The notes beneath the pieces were generated by a model, which ran no database searches, had not been told where the DNA came from, and saw only the letters and a program-made list of their open reading frames with translations. Made by a program: the position numbers and the translations under genes. Of a DNA stretch of 26,777 nucleotides, positions 25,792 to 26,777 are shown in pieces. The stretch lies in NCBI GenBank assembly GCA_964631415.1, contig CAZVZC010000031.1, positions 1 through 26,777 of the forward strand, given 5' to 3'. The DNA comes from an uncultured archaeon. Lineage in GTDB: Archaea; Asgardarchaeota; Thorarchaeia; Thorarchaeales; Thorarchaeaceae. Within the stretch, counting starts at the first letter, position 1. The number at the start of each line of letters is the position of its first letter.

Positions 25792-26777
25792 ATGTCCGAC
25801 ACTACAACGGTTGTTGCCCGAGGCACTTCCACATTCTTGGCCCAGTCGTTCATTTCTGGTGCATTCAGGATTCTCAATGTCATGGTGTTGGCAAGGCTTC
25901 TCCTTGTAGAGCAGATGGGTCAGGTCGCAATCCTTGCCATTATCTATGGCATAATGCAGTTCCTTGGGGCTCTCGGACTAAACTACGCTTCACCCCTTGT
26001 AGTCCCAGAGGCCGAACAAGCTGGCCGTCTTGACCGAGTCAGAGCGTTTCTGAACAGATCAGTTGTCATCATAGTACTGACCTCCAGCGTGCTAGCTATT
26101 CTTCTTGCGTTCCTGCTTCCATTGATACTCTCATCGAGTCTGCTGAGCCGAGACATGCAGAGGCTTGTGTTGGTGATTGCGCCTCTCTCGGCCCTGTCAA
26201 CCTTCCTCGATTCTTTTCTTCTGGCGAGGTACACTGTGCGGCCTCTCGCAGCTGGTCGGATACTATTCGATTTCGTCAGAATGGCTTTGAGTGTCGGACT
26301 TGTGCTGCTAGGATTTGGTGTACTGGGTGTCCTAACCGGTTGGCTTTGTGGAGAGGTCGCTGCTTTAGCTGTCTTCGGTTTCTCGGCGGTACGCGGGTCT
26401 GTAGACAAGCCCTCTTCCATAGCGATGCGTCCTATCCTCGCCTTTGCTCTTCCAAGCCTCCTCTTCCAGACGATTGATGTGACAATACAGAATACTGACA
26501 GGGTGATCCTCGTTCAGTTAGCCAATCTGGGAGCGCTTGGAGTCTATGATGTCATGCTGGGATTGCTCTTCATGATGAGCTTCGTGTCGCTGACTGTGTC
26601 CACCTCGCTGTATCCGATTCTTACAAGAATTCGCATTGACTTGGAAGCGAGAGAACCGGGAAGATCAGGGACTGGGATGGGGCCGGTCGTCACTATCCTC
26701 CTCAGATACATACTCCTCATACTCCTGCCCGTGGCAATCGTGGGTGCACTGAACTCTCACACCATTCTCAGTGTCTT
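25792..26777 (+). CDS. Oligosaccharide flippase, MOP superfamily (Wzx/RfbX-like), 3'-truncated by the window end
   Basis: Absent from the ORF track. My translation from ATG 25792 is open to the end: MSDTTTVVARGTSTFLAQSFISGAFRILNVMVLARLL...GFGVLGVLTGW...FALPS...NTDRVIL...LGVY...LYP, the typical Wzx pattern. Confidence 0.88.
   Translation, partial: MSDTTTVVARGTSTFLAQSFISGAFRILNVMVLARLLLVEQMGQVAILAIIYGIMQFLGALGLNYASPLVVPEAEQAGRLDRVRAFLNRSVVIIVLTSSVLAILLAFLLPLILSSSLLSRDMQRLVLVIAPLSALSTFLDSFLLARYTVRPLAAGRILFDFVRMALSVGLVLLGFGVLGVLTGWLCGEVAALAVFGFSAVRGSVDKPSSIAMRPILAFALPSLLFQTIDVTIQNTDRVILVQLANLGALGVYDVMLGLLFMMSFVSLTVSTSLYPILTRIRIDLEAREPGRSGTGMGPVVTILLRYILLILLPVAIVGALNSHTILSV

Noticed and set aside
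25983-26420. 145-aa minus-strand ORF in the track
   Set aside because: It is the antisense of the flippase, which the track missed because it has no stop codon in the window.
1-26777. CRISPR arrays, IS elements, integrases, inteins, tandem repeats, frameshifted genes
   Set aside because: No regularly spaced repeats, transposase or recombinase motifs, or oversize insertions seen. Recognised genes have family-typical lengths, apart from the GT-C extension reported above.

Overview
Gene-dense, roughly 54% GC (estimated by eye) archaeal window with TATA-like boxes, GTG/TTG starts, an archaeal-type PflX and an orphan multi-PAS kinase. The gene repertoire suggests an anaerobic Asgard (Thorarchaeia-like) archaeon, but that is inference only. 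Left to right: the tail of an ABC-2 exporter operon (ATPase end plus two permeases); a PfkB kinase; an M24 Xaa-Pro peptidase; a minus-strand operon of 4x[4Fe-4S] protein, tungsten aldehyde:ferredoxin oxidoreductase and a PreA/DHOD-like flavo-Fe-S protein lacking the catalytic Cys; a 3xPAS histidine kinase; a TrzA/MtaD/SsnA-family amidohydrolase; a minus-strand run of hypothetical, ABC ATPase, hypothetical, B12-binding radical SAM and ABC permease; a YgeW-like carbamoyltransferase homologue with its carbamoyl-phosphate-binding motifs eroded; pflX; a lone hypC; and a glycosylation cluster (NTP transferase, Dol-P-Man synthase-like GT2, GT-C/GT87-like membrane protein, two GT4s, and a MOP flippase truncated by the window end). 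I found no tRNA, rRNA, CRISPR array or mobile element. Best leads: (1) the W-AOR/Fe-S/non-canonical PreA module as a possible N-heterocycle reduction system, (2) the intact pseudo-carbamoyltransferase, (3) the B12-radical SAM plus unknown protein embedded inside an ABC exporter operon, (4) the glycan assembly line with ER-like topology.
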